Under the pieces are notes generated by a model. It was not told the DNA's origin. It searched no databases and worked only from the letters and a program-made list of their open reading frames with translations. DNA of 38,992 nt, taken from IMG/VR virus record IMGVR_UViG_3300045988_152050. One strand, 5' to 3'. Source of the DNA: a virus. A program made the position numbers and the translations under genes. Shown here in pieces: positions 8,100-18,641 of this stretch. Within the stretch, counting starts at the first letter, position 1; the number at the start of each line of letters is the position of its first letter.

Positions 8100-9569
8100 A
8101 TGTCTCAATTACCAATTTCTTATGACATTCAATTCAGCCTTTCCAAAGCGAGCGGAGCGGCTGCAAGAGATATGACATTGCTGAGTTTGTTCTCAAACAA
8201 AACAAACTTTTTGCATGGCGAAAGAGTAAAGCTGGCATCCACATGGGATGGATATCAAAAATATTGCACAGTTGGCGACACTGTATATTGGGCCGGCAAT
8301 GCTTTCTTTTCAAAAACAAACAGACCAAAGAGAATGGCAATCTCGGCAATTTATGATGCCGACCAAGCCGCATATGCTTTGTCTCCGGCGGTTAAATTGG
8401 ATGCATTAAAAGCCGTTTCTGATGGTGCTTTCAAAATTACTGTTGACGGAGCATTAAAAGAAATTTCAGGTCTTAACTTTAACGCCGCTACATCGGTTGA
8501 AAAAGTAGCCGAAGTTTTGAACGGAGTCGCAAGCGGCGCATTCGTTGCCAGCGACTACAATGGCCAGTTGCTTGTAAAATCTGCCACACAAGGCGCATCA
8601 TCTACCATCAGCTATGCTATGGCACCGGATACCGGAACAGACGTATCCGACATGCTTGGCTTGTCTGAAAAAGCCGGTGCAACTGTTGTGGACGGCTACA
8701 AACACGGAACATTCTTGGAAGAAGTAAACCAATGTATTGATTTTGCCAACAAAATGGGCGTTAATGTGTTTGGCTTTGCTTTAGACAGCGGATACCGAGA
8801 TACACAAGACCAAAAAGACTTTGCTGATTGGGTAAATGCACGCTCATATCGCTCTGCTTGTGCCTTGGTTTCAAACAACCCAACCGCATATTCTGCAAGC
8901 GACACCACAAATATTGTGGATTACTGCAATAAAAAAGGCATGAGCAACGTTGCCACATTCTACCACAACAACGCACAGGTATATCCCGATGTTGCATATT
9001 TGGCTGAATTTTTGGCCGTTAATTATAGCTTGGACGACCAAGTTATTGATGGCAAGTTCAAAGACATTGGCATTGAAGCCGTAACCTTGCCGGATGTGGA
9101 AGCAAACTGGACTGTTCTTGAAAGCAAGAGAGCAAACACCATTTTATACGTTGGCGACACCGGCAAAAAGATTGTCCGCAACGGCGACCAATCATCTATT
9201 GACTGGAGAACCGATAGCTGGATCAATATCTGCAACTTCATCTCAGAATTAGAGATTGAAACATTGAACGTATTCTTGCGTAATAAAAAGGTTGCTTATA
9301 CTCCGGCAGGTCAAAACTTGCTTATTTCTGCCGCATCTAAAATCGGCAAAAAATACACCAAAAACGGCTCTTTTGCCGACCGAGAAGAACAAAACGATGC
9401 TTCAGAAAACGGCTTGTCTTTGGTGCCTGCGGTTGAGATTATTCCGCAAGAAATCTCCGAAACCACATCGGCACAACGCAAAGCCGGTATTGGTACACCA
9501 ATCCAAGTCAATGTCAATGACAGCGGTTCAATGAGAACCATTGCTTTGAACATCACTGTTACTGAGTAG
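8100..9569 (+). CDS. tail sheath protein (DUF3383-like)
   Basis: 489 aa with GTAGGAG RBS, followed by a tube-sized gene, a chaperone and a tape measure. Family resemblance is from memory. Confidence 0.7.
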   Translation: MSQLPISYDIQFSLSKASGAAARDMTLLSLFSNKTNFLHGERVKLASTWDGYQKYCTVGDTVYWAGNAFFSKTNRPKRMAISAIYDADQAAYALSPAVKLDALKAVSDGAFKITVDGALKEISGLNFNAATSVEKVAEVLNGVASGAFVASDYNGQLLVKSATQGASSTISYAMAPDTGTDVSDMLGLSEKAGATVVDGYKHGTFLEEVNQCIDFANKMGVNVFGFALDSGYRDTQDQKDFADWVNARSYRSACALVSNNPTAYSASDTTNIVDYCNKKGMSNVATFYHNNAQVYPDVAYLAEFLAVNYSLDDQVIDGKFKDIGIEAVTLPDVEANWTVLESKRANTILYVGDTGKKIVRNGDQSSIDWRTDSWINICNFISELEIETLNVFLRNKKVAYTPAGQNLLISAASKIGKKYTKNGSFADREEQNDASENGLSLVPAVEIIPQEISETTSAQRKAGIGTPIQVNVNDSGSMRTIALNITVTE

Positions 9570-9581
9570 GGAGAATAAACC

Positions 9582-9989
9582 ATGACTATAAAAAAAGTTT
9601 ATAACCAAAGGAACTGTTCCGCATCTTTCAATGGTATTGATTTGAAAGGCTTGATGGACGGAACCTCTATCGTGCTTGAGCGTGTGGGCGGAGAAGTTGA
9701 CATCACCGAGGGAACAGACGGCGGCGGATTAAACCAAGCCACCGACCAAGGTGTAAGAGTGTCAATCACATTCCGAGAAACATCTCAATCAATTTCTATG
9801 CTTGAAACCGCAAAGACATTGCAACAAAGAACCGGTGTAACATCCGTGTTTGTTTTGCGTACCGGGGCCGATATGTTGGTAACAATTACCAATGCCATGG
9901 TAAGCAATCCGTCAAGCCTTAGCACCGGCGACAAGAAACAAGGCGGTATCACATACACCTTTGTCGGAACAGATTATTTAATGAACTAA
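9582..9989 (+). CDS. tail tube protein (DUF3277-like)
   Basis: 135 aa, directly after the sheath gene. Confidence 0.65.
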   Translation: MTIKKVYNQRNCSASFNGIDLKGLMDGTSIVLERVGGEVDITEGTDGGGLNQATDQGVRVSITFRETSQSISMLETAKTLQQRTGVTSVFVLRTGADMLVTITNAMVSNPSSLSTGDKKQGGITYTFVGTDYLMN

Positions 9990-10011
9990 TGAAAAATCAT
10001 AGGAGAAAAAA

Positions 10012-10503
10012 ATGGGGGATTTTTCAAAAATAACAATTAACAACCACGTTTATAAGGTTGAGAGCTATTCGGTTATGGATGCCGTCATGTATCACTTGGA
10101 ATTTGTGAGCAAGTTTGGCGGCCTCCTTGCCGGATTGACCAAGATTGTAACCGAGAAGAACAAAAAAGTTGAAGACACCGACTTTATTGCTCTTTTTTCT
10201 TCCATAAAGCCGGAAGAAACAAAACAAATTATTAATCAGGTTTTGCAAAGAGTAATCACACCGGAGAATGTCCGCTTGGATAACGAGCTTGTCATTCAAG
10301 ATTGGTTTTCACAGCCGGAAAACAGCCATGAGCTTTGGTTGGTTGTTGTTGCCGCAATGGTAGAACTGCTGGGGGAACAATTGCCTGCTACGCTGAGTTC
10401 AGCAGTAGTAGGCTTGAAATCAATGGTGGCAAACTTATCGACATCCCAGATGGATACCGAGCCATCAGCTTCATCTCAGGGCCGATCCGAAAAGGCATTA
10501 TAA
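10012..10503 (+). CDS. tail assembly chaperone
   Basis: 163 aa, located between the tube and tape measure genes, with an overlapping -1 frame ORF at its 3' end. Confidence 0.6.
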   Translation: MGDFSKITINNHVYKVESYSVMDAVMYHLEFVSKFGGLLAGLTKIVTEKNKKVEDTDFIALFSSIKPEETKQIINQVLQRVITPENVRLDNELVIQDWFSQPENSHELWLVVVAAMVELLGEQLPATLSSAVVGLKSMVANLSTSQMDTEPSASSQGRSEKAL

Positions 10504-10607
10504 ACCTTGATTATTTGACCAAGACCGGCGATGTGAAAACATTTTACATTGCCAAGAAAATAGATAATTGGCTTGACTACATGGAGAGCCAAGCAAGAGG
10601 AGAATAA
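10284..10607 (+). other. -1 frame open region overlapping the chaperone 3' end; possible G/GT-type frameshift extension
   Basis: The -1 frame is open from 10284 (after TAA 10281..10283) to 10607, four nt before the tape-measure ATG. No canonical XXXYYYZ heptamer was found; the best candidate is GAA AAG at about 10488. Confidence 0.3.
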
Positions 10608-10610
10608 CAA

Positions 10611-11975
10611 ATGGCAGTAGCAAACGAACTTGTCCAGCTTTTGAGTTTCAAAATGAGCGACCAATCCAAAGCCGCCTTTGAAACATTCAAAAAAGGTTTG
10701 TCTGATTTGCGTGAGGGTATGCAGACAGTCGCTACCGCAGCAACCGCCACCGGAACCGCTATTGCCTACACCATCAAATCGGTATCAGACGGAGCGGTAG
10801 AATTAACCAACCTCAGTAAGACCACCGGCATTGCCACAAAAACTCTGCAAGAATATAAATACGCTGCCGAGAGTGTCGGTGTGTCTTCTGATGCCGTAAC
10901 CTCAGACTTGCAAATGCTCATAGAAACCATGTCATCGCCAATTCCCGGAGAGTTTAACGAAGCATTGTTCATGATGGGCATTGGCATTCGAGATGCATCC
11001 GGCAAAATGAAATCTGCCGATGCTTTGCTTGGCGATATTGCCGATAAATTAAACGGCATGAACGAGCAAAAAGCCCTACAATGGGCAAACCGCCTCGGCT
11101 TGAGCAATGACACGCTTGTTTTAATCAAACAAGGCCGCTTGAGCCTTGAGCAACTTCGCAAAGAAGCAAATGCCCTTGGGGCGGTTATCCCTGAAGAAAC
11201 ACTCAAACGAGGGGAAGAATTTAAAAAGTCGCTGAATGCATTGGAGTTTGCATTTGAGGGTATTGGCCGAACGGTTGCGTTGTCGGTTGCTCCCGGTTTA
11301 ACTGATGTTGTTACGTCCATGAAAGATTGGATTGTGGCAAACTCTCGCATTTTGAAGCAAGGCATAGAAAAGACCGTCAAAGGCTTGGGCGATGGCTTAA
11401 CCGGAACAACGGACATTCTCGGTCGGTTTATCAAAAACATAAAAGGGTTTTTGCCAGACTTAGGGGAATTTAATGATAAAATTGATTTGGCATCACTCAT
11501 CAGCGGCACATTGCGAGGTGCTTTGCTTGGCTTGCTGGTTATATTTACACCAATGATTGCCAAACTGGCATTGATTGGAACAGCGTTCACAGTTGCTGCT
11601 TTGGCCATAGAAGATTTTGTCATCTGGTGCATGAACGGAGAATCCGCTCTTGGAAAGCTCATTGACAAATGGGATAACTGGGCAGAGCGTTGGAAAAAAG
11701 AAAGCTGGTGGAAAGCAGCCATTGCCGGAATAGCAACAATTCCGCAACAGATGGGAGAAGCATTTGCCACGGGTGCATCATGGTTTGATAATTACGAGGG
11801 CAAGGGATCATATCAAGCAATGTTGCAAGGACAAGGAAGCACGACAATTAATAACTCTCCGCAAATAACCATCATGACCGGAGCCAATGCACAAGAGGTT
11901 ATGAACGTGATGACACCATACATCAGCACGGCTCAAACCAACACCCCCGGACAATTCACACCATTTGTGAGGTAA
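10611..11975 (+). CDS. tape measure protein
   Basis: 454 aa, Ala/Gly/Leu-rich with a hydrophobic central segment, in the canonical position after the chaperone. Confidence 0.75.
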   Translation: MAVANELVQLLSFKMSDQSKAAFETFKKGLSDLREGMQTVATAATATGTAIAYTIKSVSDGAVELTNLSKTTGIATKTLQEYKYAAESVGVSSDAVTSDLQMLIETMSSPIPGEFNEALFMMGIGIRDASGKMKSADALLGDIADKLNGMNEQKALQWANRLGLSNDTLVLIKQGRLSLEQLRKEANALGAVIPEETLKRGEEFKKSLNALEFAFEGIGRTVALSVAPGLTDVVTSMKDWIVANSRILKQGIEKTVKGLGDGLTGTTDILGRFIKNIKGFLPDLGEFNDKIDLASLISGTLRGALLGLLVIFTPMIAKLALIGTAFTVAALAIEDFVIWCMNGESALGKLIDKWDNWAERWKKESWWKAAIAGIATIPQQMGEAFATGASWFDNYEGKGSYQAMLQGQGSTTINNSPQITIMTGANAQEVMNVMTPYISTAQTNTPGQFTPFVR

Positions 11976-11978
11976 TAT

Positions 11979-12551
11979 ATGGTAGCTTTATCCTTAAATA
12001 CAATTACAAATTTTTTATTTGGGCAAGCTCTTATAAGCTCTCCGACATACGGCGAAATTATGGCCGATGTAAAAATGTCGGAAGACCACACACGCAAAAA
12101 CGAGGTAACGCAAAACACACTTGAGAGCGGAGCCGTTATTGCCGACCATGTCATCATTCATCCGAGGGTTTTGTCCATCAATTTTGGGGTAACCAATACC
12201 GGATGGACAAGTTTGCTTGAAAGCCGGAGCCAAGAGATATTTGACAAGCTGGACAACATCAGCCGCACGCAAGAGCTTATAACTGTTACAACCGAGCATT
12301 ATTCCTACACAAATATGATGATTTCAAACGTCCGCATGCTTCACTCCGCACCATACAAGGGATCCTTGCAAATTGCTTGCGATTTTGAGGAGCTTAACTT
12401 CTCTGATTTGCAAGTGATAAAAAATGCCAATGTTGTGTCGCAAGAGGGCGGTATAGGAAAGTCTTTAACAAATACAGTAAATGCCGGAAAGCAGCAAGTG
12501 CAAAAGATGACCGGAAACCTAAAAAGCACGTTATCCGGCTTTGTTTCATAG
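11979..12551 (+). CDS. tail/baseplate assembly protein (190 aa)
   Basis: Track ORF. Function is inferred from position only. Confidence 0.6.
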   Translation: MVALSLNTITNFLFGQALISSPTYGEIMADVKMSEDHTRKNEVTQNTLESGAVIADHVIIHPRVLSINFGVTNTGWTSLLESRSQEIFDKLDNISRTQELITVTTEHYSYTNMMISNVRMLHSAPYKGSLQIACDFEELNFSDLQVIKNANVVSQEGGIGKSLTNTVNAGKQQVQKMTGNLKSTLSGFVS

Positions 12552-12563
12552 GGAGATTTGCAG

Positions 12564-12911
12564 ATGCCTTTTATTGTTCCACTTACCAATGACGGCTCAC
12601 GCAGAGCAACATATAACCTCGGCGGCAAGGATTATATCATAGAAACATATTATTTGCCAAAAACCCAAACATGGCTGATGGATATTTATGACATCAACGA
12701 AACCCCGATTTTGACCGGCATAAGTCTTCTCCCCGGAGTGGATAACTTGGTTAAAGGATTGTGCATTGAGTTTGATGAGCAAGCATTCCAAGTTCAGACC
12801 ACAGACGGCGGAAACAACGACACACCAGACAGCCTTGGAACAACCGCATTTTTGATTTATTATGCCAAGGGCGAAGAAGTGCCGGTAGCTTTTGAGGATA
12901 AAATGCTATGA
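12564..12911 (+). CDS. tail/baseplate protein (115 aa)
   Basis: ATG 12564 lies 7 nt after GGGAGA. The track start at 12558 is a TTG. Confidence 0.6.
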   Translation: MPFIVPLTNDGSRRATYNLGGKDYIIETYYLPKTQTWLMDIYDINETPILTGISLLPGVDNLVKGLCIEFDEQAFQVQTTDGGNNDTPDSLGTTAFLIYYAKGEEVPVAFEDKML

Positions 12912-13786
12912 CCGATTTTTGCCGAGAAATTGAGGTTATTTTTGGCCCGCTCAAAGATTGGGAGAAAAACGAGGGTAAAAATCCGCTTGTTCGGGTTTTA
13001 TCTGACGGCACACCAAACACATTGCGAGTTCGGGCAAACGTATCAAAAACCATGCTCGGCGTGCCAAACTCAAGCTCGGTTTCCATTTGGAACCTGAGCC
13101 GAGAAACAAGAAACTCCATTTGCCAGAGCCAACTCAGCATGAAAGTCTATGCCGGATACAAAGGCCAGAAAAAAGAGCTTTTGTTCTCCGGTGGTGTTTT
13201 GTCGGTGGTGGTGGAAAAATCGGGAGCCGACATCATCACGCACCTAAACGGACTTGATGGCCAAAGCAATTTGTTGCGTTCGGTTGTTTCTCAATCTTTT
13301 GAGCAACAGGTAGAGCTTAAAGAAGTGATAAAAAAGATTGCCGCATCAATCGAGGGGGTTGGGGTTAACCCCGATGACATCAACGTAGATGGCAAAACCG
13401 GATATTCCGGCATTGTGGCAAGCGGCAACGCAAGAGCCGTGTTGGACAAGCTCGGCCAGCAATATGGTTTTAATTGGTTTATAGAAAATGGTAGCTTTAA
13501 GGCTGTGGGCGATAAAAAAGTCTTCAGCAATACAGTTGTGCTTGACGGCGCATCAAGGTTAAAGAAAGTTGCCCCATTGCTTTCTGGGCCGGCACAAGCA
13601 CAAATAGGGGTGGACATTCAGGCAATGTATGTGCCGGGTGTCTCCCCCGCCAATACAATAAAGGTAAAAAGCAGCGTTAATCCGCTGATGGACGGAACAT
13701 ACAAGATACACAATGCCGACTTTGACCTAGACACAAGGTCAAATAGTTGGGATATGAGTTTGCAATGCTTCACGGTGGGGTTATAA
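12908..13786 (+). CDS. baseplate hub protein (gpD / Mu gp44-like position)
   Basis: 292 aa with an ATGA overlap to the upstream gene. It precedes the spike gene. Confidence 0.55.
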   Translation: MTDFCREIEVIFGPLKDWEKNEGKNPLVRVLSDGTPNTLRVRANVSKTMLGVPNSSSVSIWNLSRETRNSICQSQLSMKVYAGYKGQKKELLFSGGVLSVVVEKSGADIITHLNGLDGQSNLLRSVVSQSFEQQVELKEVIKKIAASIEGVGVNPDDINVDGKTGYSGIVASGNARAVLDKLGQQYGFNWFIENGSFKAVGDKKVFSNTVVLDGASRLKKVAPLLSGPAQAQIGVDIQAMYVPGVSPANTIKVKSSVNPLMDGTYKIHNADFDLDTRSNSWDMSLQCFTVGL

Positions 13787-13789
13787 AAA

Positions 13790-14551
13790 ATGGACTATAG
13801 CGGAAACAAAAATGCCGGAATAGACTTTAATATGCAGTTTGACCGCAAAGCGGCAGACATACACACATCAATACCGGCCATCATCCAAAGTGTGGACTAT
13901 GCCAATCAGGTGGTGGCTGCCATTCCGGCAATTCAAATAAAAATTGTTGATCCAAACACCAAGCTGGTCAGATACATCAACCGACCGATAATCACCAACA
14001 TCCCCATGGCTTTGTCGTGGAGCGAGGGCTTGGGCCTGGGAACAACAATGCCGTATAAGGCAGGCGACAAATGCACGTTGTTTTTTGCCGAGCGAGCCTT
14101 GGACAACTTTTTAATCACGGGGCAAATATCTCCACCGGCAGACGGACCAACACCGGAAACTTGCACCATTCGTTGTTTTGATGAAACCGATGCCATGTGC
14201 TTCCCCGGAATTATCACAAAGGCAAAAATTCCAAATTATAGCCCCGATGCGGTAGAGATACGCAACGCAGACAAAAGCTCATTGTTTAGCCTGTCAAACA
14301 CCGGTTTGACATTAAAACAAGGAGAAGTTAGTATAGTATTGTCGGGTGGCAAAATAAAAATAACCGGAGATGTTGAACATACCGGAAATGAAACAATAAC
14401 CGGAAACATCAGCCACACCGGCGACCAAACAACCACCGGAACAATTACCGGACAAACGGATGTTGTGGCTGCCGGCATAAGCGGAAAAGGACACACGCAT
14501 AAATATAACCCCGGACCGGGAAGTCCAACACCATCTCAACCGCCTGAATAG
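13790..14551 (+). CDS. baseplate central spike (gpV / Mu gp45-like)
   Basis: C-terminal repeat ITGDVEHTGNETITGNISHTGDQTTTGTITG followed by GISGKGHTH is typical of gpV-type spikes. Confidence 0.7.
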   Translation: MDYSGNKNAGIDFNMQFDRKAADIHTSIPAIIQSVDYANQVVAAIPAIQIKIVDPNTKLVRYINRPIITNIPMALSWSEGLGLGTTMPYKAGDKCTLFFAERALDNFLITGQISPPADGPTPETCTIRCFDETDAMCFPGIITKAKIPNYSPDAVEIRNADKSSLFSLSNTGLTLKQGEVSIVLSGGKIKITGDVEHTGNETITGNISHTGDQTTTGTITGQTDVVAAGISGKGHTHKYNPGPGSPTPSQPPE

Positions 14552-14560
14552 GAGTAAATA

Positions 14561-14917
14561 ATGAGCATTGACATGGCAATAAATGACAAAACAGGCGACA
14601 TTGCCACCAAAGACGGCAAGATGTATTATGTGACCGGCGGCAATGAGGTTGCCCAAAGAGTAATCACACGCATCCGCCGCATTAAGGGCGAGTGGATAAA
14701 CTACACTCCGGCCGGCATACCTTATTATACCGAAATTTTAGGCACTAAAGACGTGCAAAGGTTTAATTTGTTGTTGCGTAAAGAGATTTTTAACACCGAG
14801 GGAGTGGAAGAAATCCGCAAATTGAATTTGCTTTTTGACAACAAAACCAACAAATGCTCAGTCTATGCCGAAATCAAGGTCAAAGGCGAGTTTTTCACAA
14901 TCAGCGAGGATTTATAA
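14561..14917 (+). CDS. baseplate wedge protein (gp25/W-like, DUF2634-like)
   Basis: 118 aa, located between the spike and the J-like protein. Confidence 0.6.
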   Translation: MSIDMAINDKTGDIATKDGKMYYVTGGNEVAQRVITRIRRIKGEWINYTPAGIPYYTEILGTKDVQRFNLLLRKEIFNTEGVEEIRKLNLLFDNKTNKCSVYAEIKVKGEFFTISEDL

Positions 14918-14919
14918 CA

Positions 14920-16131
14920 ATGGCACAATTTGGAATGACAGACACCGGCTTCAAGCCAAAAAGAATTGCAGATGTATATGACAGCATCAAAGCCAGAATA
15001 ACCGAAATCACCGATGACAAAACCGGCGAAAAGGTTTTTCAAAACGAGAGTGACGATAGCTTGTTTATGCAAGTGAGCTTTATTGTGGCGGAAGCCATTG
15101 CCGAGTGCTGGGAGCATGCCTATCAAGCATCAACGGTTAGAGATCCAAACAAGGCAAGCGGAGCGATATTAAAAGGTTTAATTCAGCTTAATGGCTTGGT
15201 GGCGAAATTTGGCAGCCAAACACAAATTAACGTTAAATTTACCGGGTTAAAAGATGCGACAATCCCTCAAGGGTCTCTTATTTCCGATGTGGAAAACTCT
15301 GTTAATTATTCTGTGGATAAGTCTGTAACAATTGGAGCGGACGGAACCGCAACCGGCACGGCAACCGCATTGACCAAAGGGCCAATCAACCCGCAAAACA
15401 ATACGGTAATTGTAATTAAAACTCCGACATACGGATGGACAAACGTTACAAACACCGGTGTTGTGGTTGTTGGAGCCGAACCTCAAACAGATGAGGAACT
15501 CCACCTCGAACAACAAAGAGCCACATCAAACACAGCGTATCGACAAATTGATGCCATATATGCCGGACTTTTGAATGTTTCTGGTGTGGAATTTGCTCGC
15601 GTTTATCAAAACACAGGTTTGACCACTGACAGTAGAGGAATTGATGCTAAAAGCGTGGCCGCTGTTGTTGTTGGCGGAACAAATGAGGATATCGCCAATT
15701 CTATTGCCAAAAAGAGTGCAAATATAAATAGCTTCTTTGGATCAACAGAGGTGGATATAACTGATAACCAAGGCCAAGTGAACAAAATTAAATTTAGCCG
15801 CCCTGAAGAAGTTGAGATTGATGTTGAAGTTAATATAACCATAACAGATTCATCTCAGTTTCCGGCATCTACCGAAGATGCAAAAAAACAAATAAAGCAA
15901 AATATTGTAAGTTATGCACAGTATAATTTGCAGGCAACCGAGGGATTTGCTCCGGGCGTGGATGTTATTCGCACAAGGCTATATACTCCGGTTAACGAAG
16001 TTCCCGGATTTAAAATTAACAGCTTAAAAATTGGCAAACATAGCCAAGGATTAAGCGAGGCTGATATTGATATTGCGTGGAATGAAGTGGCAATATTTAA
16101 GGAAAGCAATATAACTGTTGATATTGCCTAA
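14920..16131 (+). CDS. baseplate J-like protein
   Basis: ATG 14920 inside track ORF 14854..16131. About 400 aa, in the canonical W-J-I order. Confidence 0.7.
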   Translation: MAQFGMTDTGFKPKRIADVYDSIKARITEITDDKTGEKVFQNESDDSLFMQVSFIVAEAIAECWEHAYQASTVRDPNKASGAILKGLIQLNGLVAKFGSQTQINVKFTGLKDATIPQGSLISDVENSVNYSVDKSVTIGADGTATGTATALTKGPINPQNNTVIVIKTPTYGWTNVTNTGVVVVGAEPQTDEELHLEQQRATSNTAYRQIDAIYAGLLNVSGVEFARVYQNTGLTTDSRGIDAKSVAAVVVGGTNEDIANSIAKKSANINSFFGSTEVDITDNQGQVNKIKFSRPEEVEIDVEVNITITDSSQFPASTEDAKKQIKQNIVSYAQYNLQATEGFAPGVDVIRTRLYTPVNEVPGFKINSLKIGKHSQGLSEADIDIAWNEVAIFKESNITVDIA

Positions 16132-16142
16132 AAGGGGGAATT

Positions 16143-16790
16143 ATGACTGTTGAAAATTTGGAACTCGACTTTTCAGCGTATGAAAACAAAAGCCTTTATG
16201 AGCAAGCAAAAAAAAGGGCTTTGTTTCAATATGCGTCATCTCCGATATATATGCAGATAATAAAAGCCTATATGGATGAAATTCAAGAGCTGTATAATGC
16301 GCTTATTGAGCTGGAAAAAAGAAGTTTTATTTTTTATGGACAAGGCGAAGACTTGGATTTAATTGGCTTGATTTTGGGGCAAAAGAGAGCATATTTTAAC
16401 TATGACACAGACTTTTGGTTTGCTCCTGACAATGATGGAACATCTCCGGATAAAGGATCTGCTTGGGTAAAAAATGCAGAACAGGCAGTTATTGAAAATA
16501 TGACGGATGATACATACCGCCGATATTTATGGGGAAAAGCTCTTAAGAACCATGTAAAATTTGCATCAAGAGAGGAACTACAACAAATTATTTTTGAAAT
16601 AATGGAAATATATGTGTCTTTCTCCGATGCAGACAATTGCGATGTTGACTTGATTATTCCGGCATCTATTAGTAAGACAGACCGAAACTATCTCACATAT
16701 TTTGCCGACAACAACCAAGTTGACCAAACGGCAAATATTCCGTATCCTGCAACTATGAACATAAGAAATGTTATTGAAAGAAAGGGCTAA
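16143..16790 (+). CDS. baseplate protein (DUF2612 / gpI-like)
   Basis: 215 aa, located after the J-like gene. Confidence 0.6.
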   Translation: MTVENLELDFSAYENKSLYEQAKKRALFQYASSPIYMQIIKAYMDEIQELYNALIELEKRSFIFYGQGEDLDLIGLILGQKRAYFNYDTDFWFAPDNDGTSPDKGSAWVKNAEQAVIENMTDDTYRRYLWGKALKNHVKFASREELQQIIFEIMEIYVSFSDADNCDVDLIIPASISKTDRNYLTYFADNNQVDQTANIPYPATMNIRNVIERKG

Positions 16791-16793
16791 AAA

Positions 16794-17570
16794 ATGGCTA
16801 TACAAAACAGAAACACAACGCTTCCGGGGATTTGGGCAGAAAATGCACAGACCACCATTCCCACACCGCCGGTTGCCGGAGTAACATACAGAGATACTAC
16901 GCTGAACTCCACAGCCATTGACAAAGCATGGCCATTCAAAACAATTGTGGATAGCTCAGACTTTAACCAACACGCATTTTTGCAAGACACCCTCATCAAA
17001 GAAGCCGAGCAATATGGTGTCATGCGTTGGAATAATACCACCACCTACAAAGAGGGCGGTTATTGCTTAGGCCAAGACAAAAAGCTATATCAAGCCTTAA
17101 GAGATAACCAAGGCAAAGAACCAACTGCAAGCACAGATGATTGGGCCATTGTTCCTACAGATTTATCTCCATATCAGCTTATATCCAACCTATCCCAAAC
17201 CATTGATGGCTCTACGTCAAAATATCCAAGCAATAATGCCGTTAATACAGCTCTTAATGGGAAAGCAAACACTAGTTTAAGTAACCTCACCGCTACAGGT
17301 AAGGCTGCTATCCGAGCTAGAATAGCTGTAAACTATGCCGCAGGTGTTACCATAACCTCAGGGGCAAAAGCTTCAAAAAGCGGTCTGTTAGTTGTAGTTA
17401 GTAATGCAGGTAGTGGATTCCAACAAGGTCGTCTCACCATTAATGGCACTAACGTTATTAGTTGGACAACTTTGGATGGTACTAAAAATTGCTTTAGTCT
17501 TCTGGTGAAAGCTGGTGATGTGATAACATTCGCATCGACCTCTAGTGTTAAAATATACCCCTTCGCATAA
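16794..17570 (+). CDS. tail fibre protein
   Basis: 258 aa, located after the baseplate genes and followed by a DUF4376-like assembly protein. Confidence 0.6.
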   Translation: MAIQNRNTTLPGIWAENAQTTIPTPPVAGVTYRDTTLNSTAIDKAWPFKTIVDSSDFNQHAFLQDTLIKEAEQYGVMRWNNTTTYKEGGYCLGQDKKLYQALRDNQGKEPTASTDDWAIVPTDLSPYQLISNLSQTIDGSTSKYPSNNAVNTALNGKANTSLSNLTATGKAAIRARIAVNYAAGVTITSGAKASKSGLLVVVSNAGSGFQQGRLTINGTNVISWTTLDGTKNCFSLLVKAGDVITFASTSSVKIYPFA

Positions 17571-17584
17571 TATGAGGTGATAAG

Positions 17585-18106
17585 ATGTCTACAAATAAAC
17601 ATTTCTATCTATTAGATGAGAATAATAACATATCAAGTTTTGCTGACTATAAATTCGATAAGAATGCTCTTGAAGCTCAGGATGAAATTATCCAAGGTTA
17701 TGATGGCAGATATTATTTTGCCAGTCAATGTCCGCAGCAACCTCTTGAGGAGTTAAAACTCATAAAGCGTGAAGAAATAAATCAAGCTCGTGATGCCGCC
17801 GAGCAAGGTGGTTTTGAATATCTTGGCAAAACCTTTGACAGCGACCAAATTTCCGCTCAAAGAATTTCAATGGCTGCGCAGGCTATGGCTCTTGCTGATG
17901 ATACAGCAAAAATTACTTGGACTTGTCAAGACAACACCACAATTGACCTGAACAAAACACAGCTTGTTGGTATGGTTGCGGCTCTTGCGGAATGGTCTAA
18001 CACTTGCCACCAAAAAGCAACGGCTCTCAAGGCTAAAATTGACGCCGCAGAAACAGCCGAAGAATTGGAGAATATAACATGGGAAGACAATCCGGCTACA
18101 CTCTAA
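17585..18106 (+). CDS. DUF4376-like tail fibre assembly/accessory protein
   Basis: The segment REEINQARDAAEQGGFEYLGKTFDSDQISAQRI matches my recollection of DUF4376. Confidence 0.55.
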   Translation: MSTNKHFYLLDENNNISSFADYKFDKNALEAQDEIIQGYDGRYYFASQCPQQPLEELKLIKREEINQARDAAEQGGFEYLGKTFDSDQISAQRISMAAQAMALADDTAKITWTCQDNTTIDLNKTQLVGMVAALAEWSNTCHQKATALKAKIDAAETAEELENITWEDNPATL

Positions 18107-18444
18107 TAAACACGCTTGATTTTGCTGTTTATGGCATTAATTACGTTACATTGCGAGATTTAGAGCATGACAGCGTTATTGTGCCAAAAGGTTACGTTTT
18201 CGACGGGGTTACTGTAAAAGCCCCGTTTACGTTTATCTTTTCAAATAAAGATTTGCGGAAAGGTATAAGGGCAAGCTGCTTCCATGATTGGCTTTGTGAA
18301 CACCGTTCACAATACACAAGGGAATATGCAACCAAGGTATTGGTTGACATTTGGAAGCAAGACGGCTTAAATGGATATAAAGCATTTATAGCAAAAATAA
18401 GCGTGAACGTTTATCAATTCTTTAGAGGGGGATGGAAAGAATGA
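18079..18444 (+). CDS. DUF1353-like protein
   Basis: VPKGYVFDGVTVK ... CFHDWLC resembles the DUF1353 signature. Confidence 0.55.
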   Translation: MGRQSGYTLINTLDFAVYGINYVTLRDLEHDSVIVPKGYVFDGVTVKAPFTFIFSNKDLRKGIRASCFHDWLCEHRSQYTREYATKVLVDIWKQDGLNGYKAFIAKISVNVYQFFRGGWKE

Positions 18445-18626
18445 ACGAGCTTGAAAAACTTATCGCATTATCCAAAGTTGTAGCCAAGCCATGGGTTATT
18501 GCCACATGGGTCTTGGCTATTTTGTTAGGATTGTCCGTTGCCGGAAATGTTTATTTGATGTTAAACGCCCCAGAAGTTACCATGACGGCAAATGACAACT
18601 CAGAAAGCACAATTACGTCATCATAA
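18441..18626 (+). CDS. small membrane protein (61 aa)
   Basis: ATGA coupling at 18441. One TM helix (WVIATWVLAILLGLSVAGNVYLML). Confidence 0.55.
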   Translation: MNELEKLIALSKVVAKPWVIATWVLAILLGLSVAGNVYLMLNAPEVTMTANDNSESTITSS

Positions 18627-18641
18627 AATAGGAGAAATTAA

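Noticed and set aside
10766-11770. A 334-aa minus-strand ORF (plus 11493..11747 and 11659..11847)
   Set aside because: It lies entirely antisense to the tape measure gene and its product is Ser/Ala/Pro-rich and low-complexity. It has no RBS and nothing else in this operon is on the minus strand. Long antisense ORFs of this kind are typical of Ala/Gly-rich tape measure genes.
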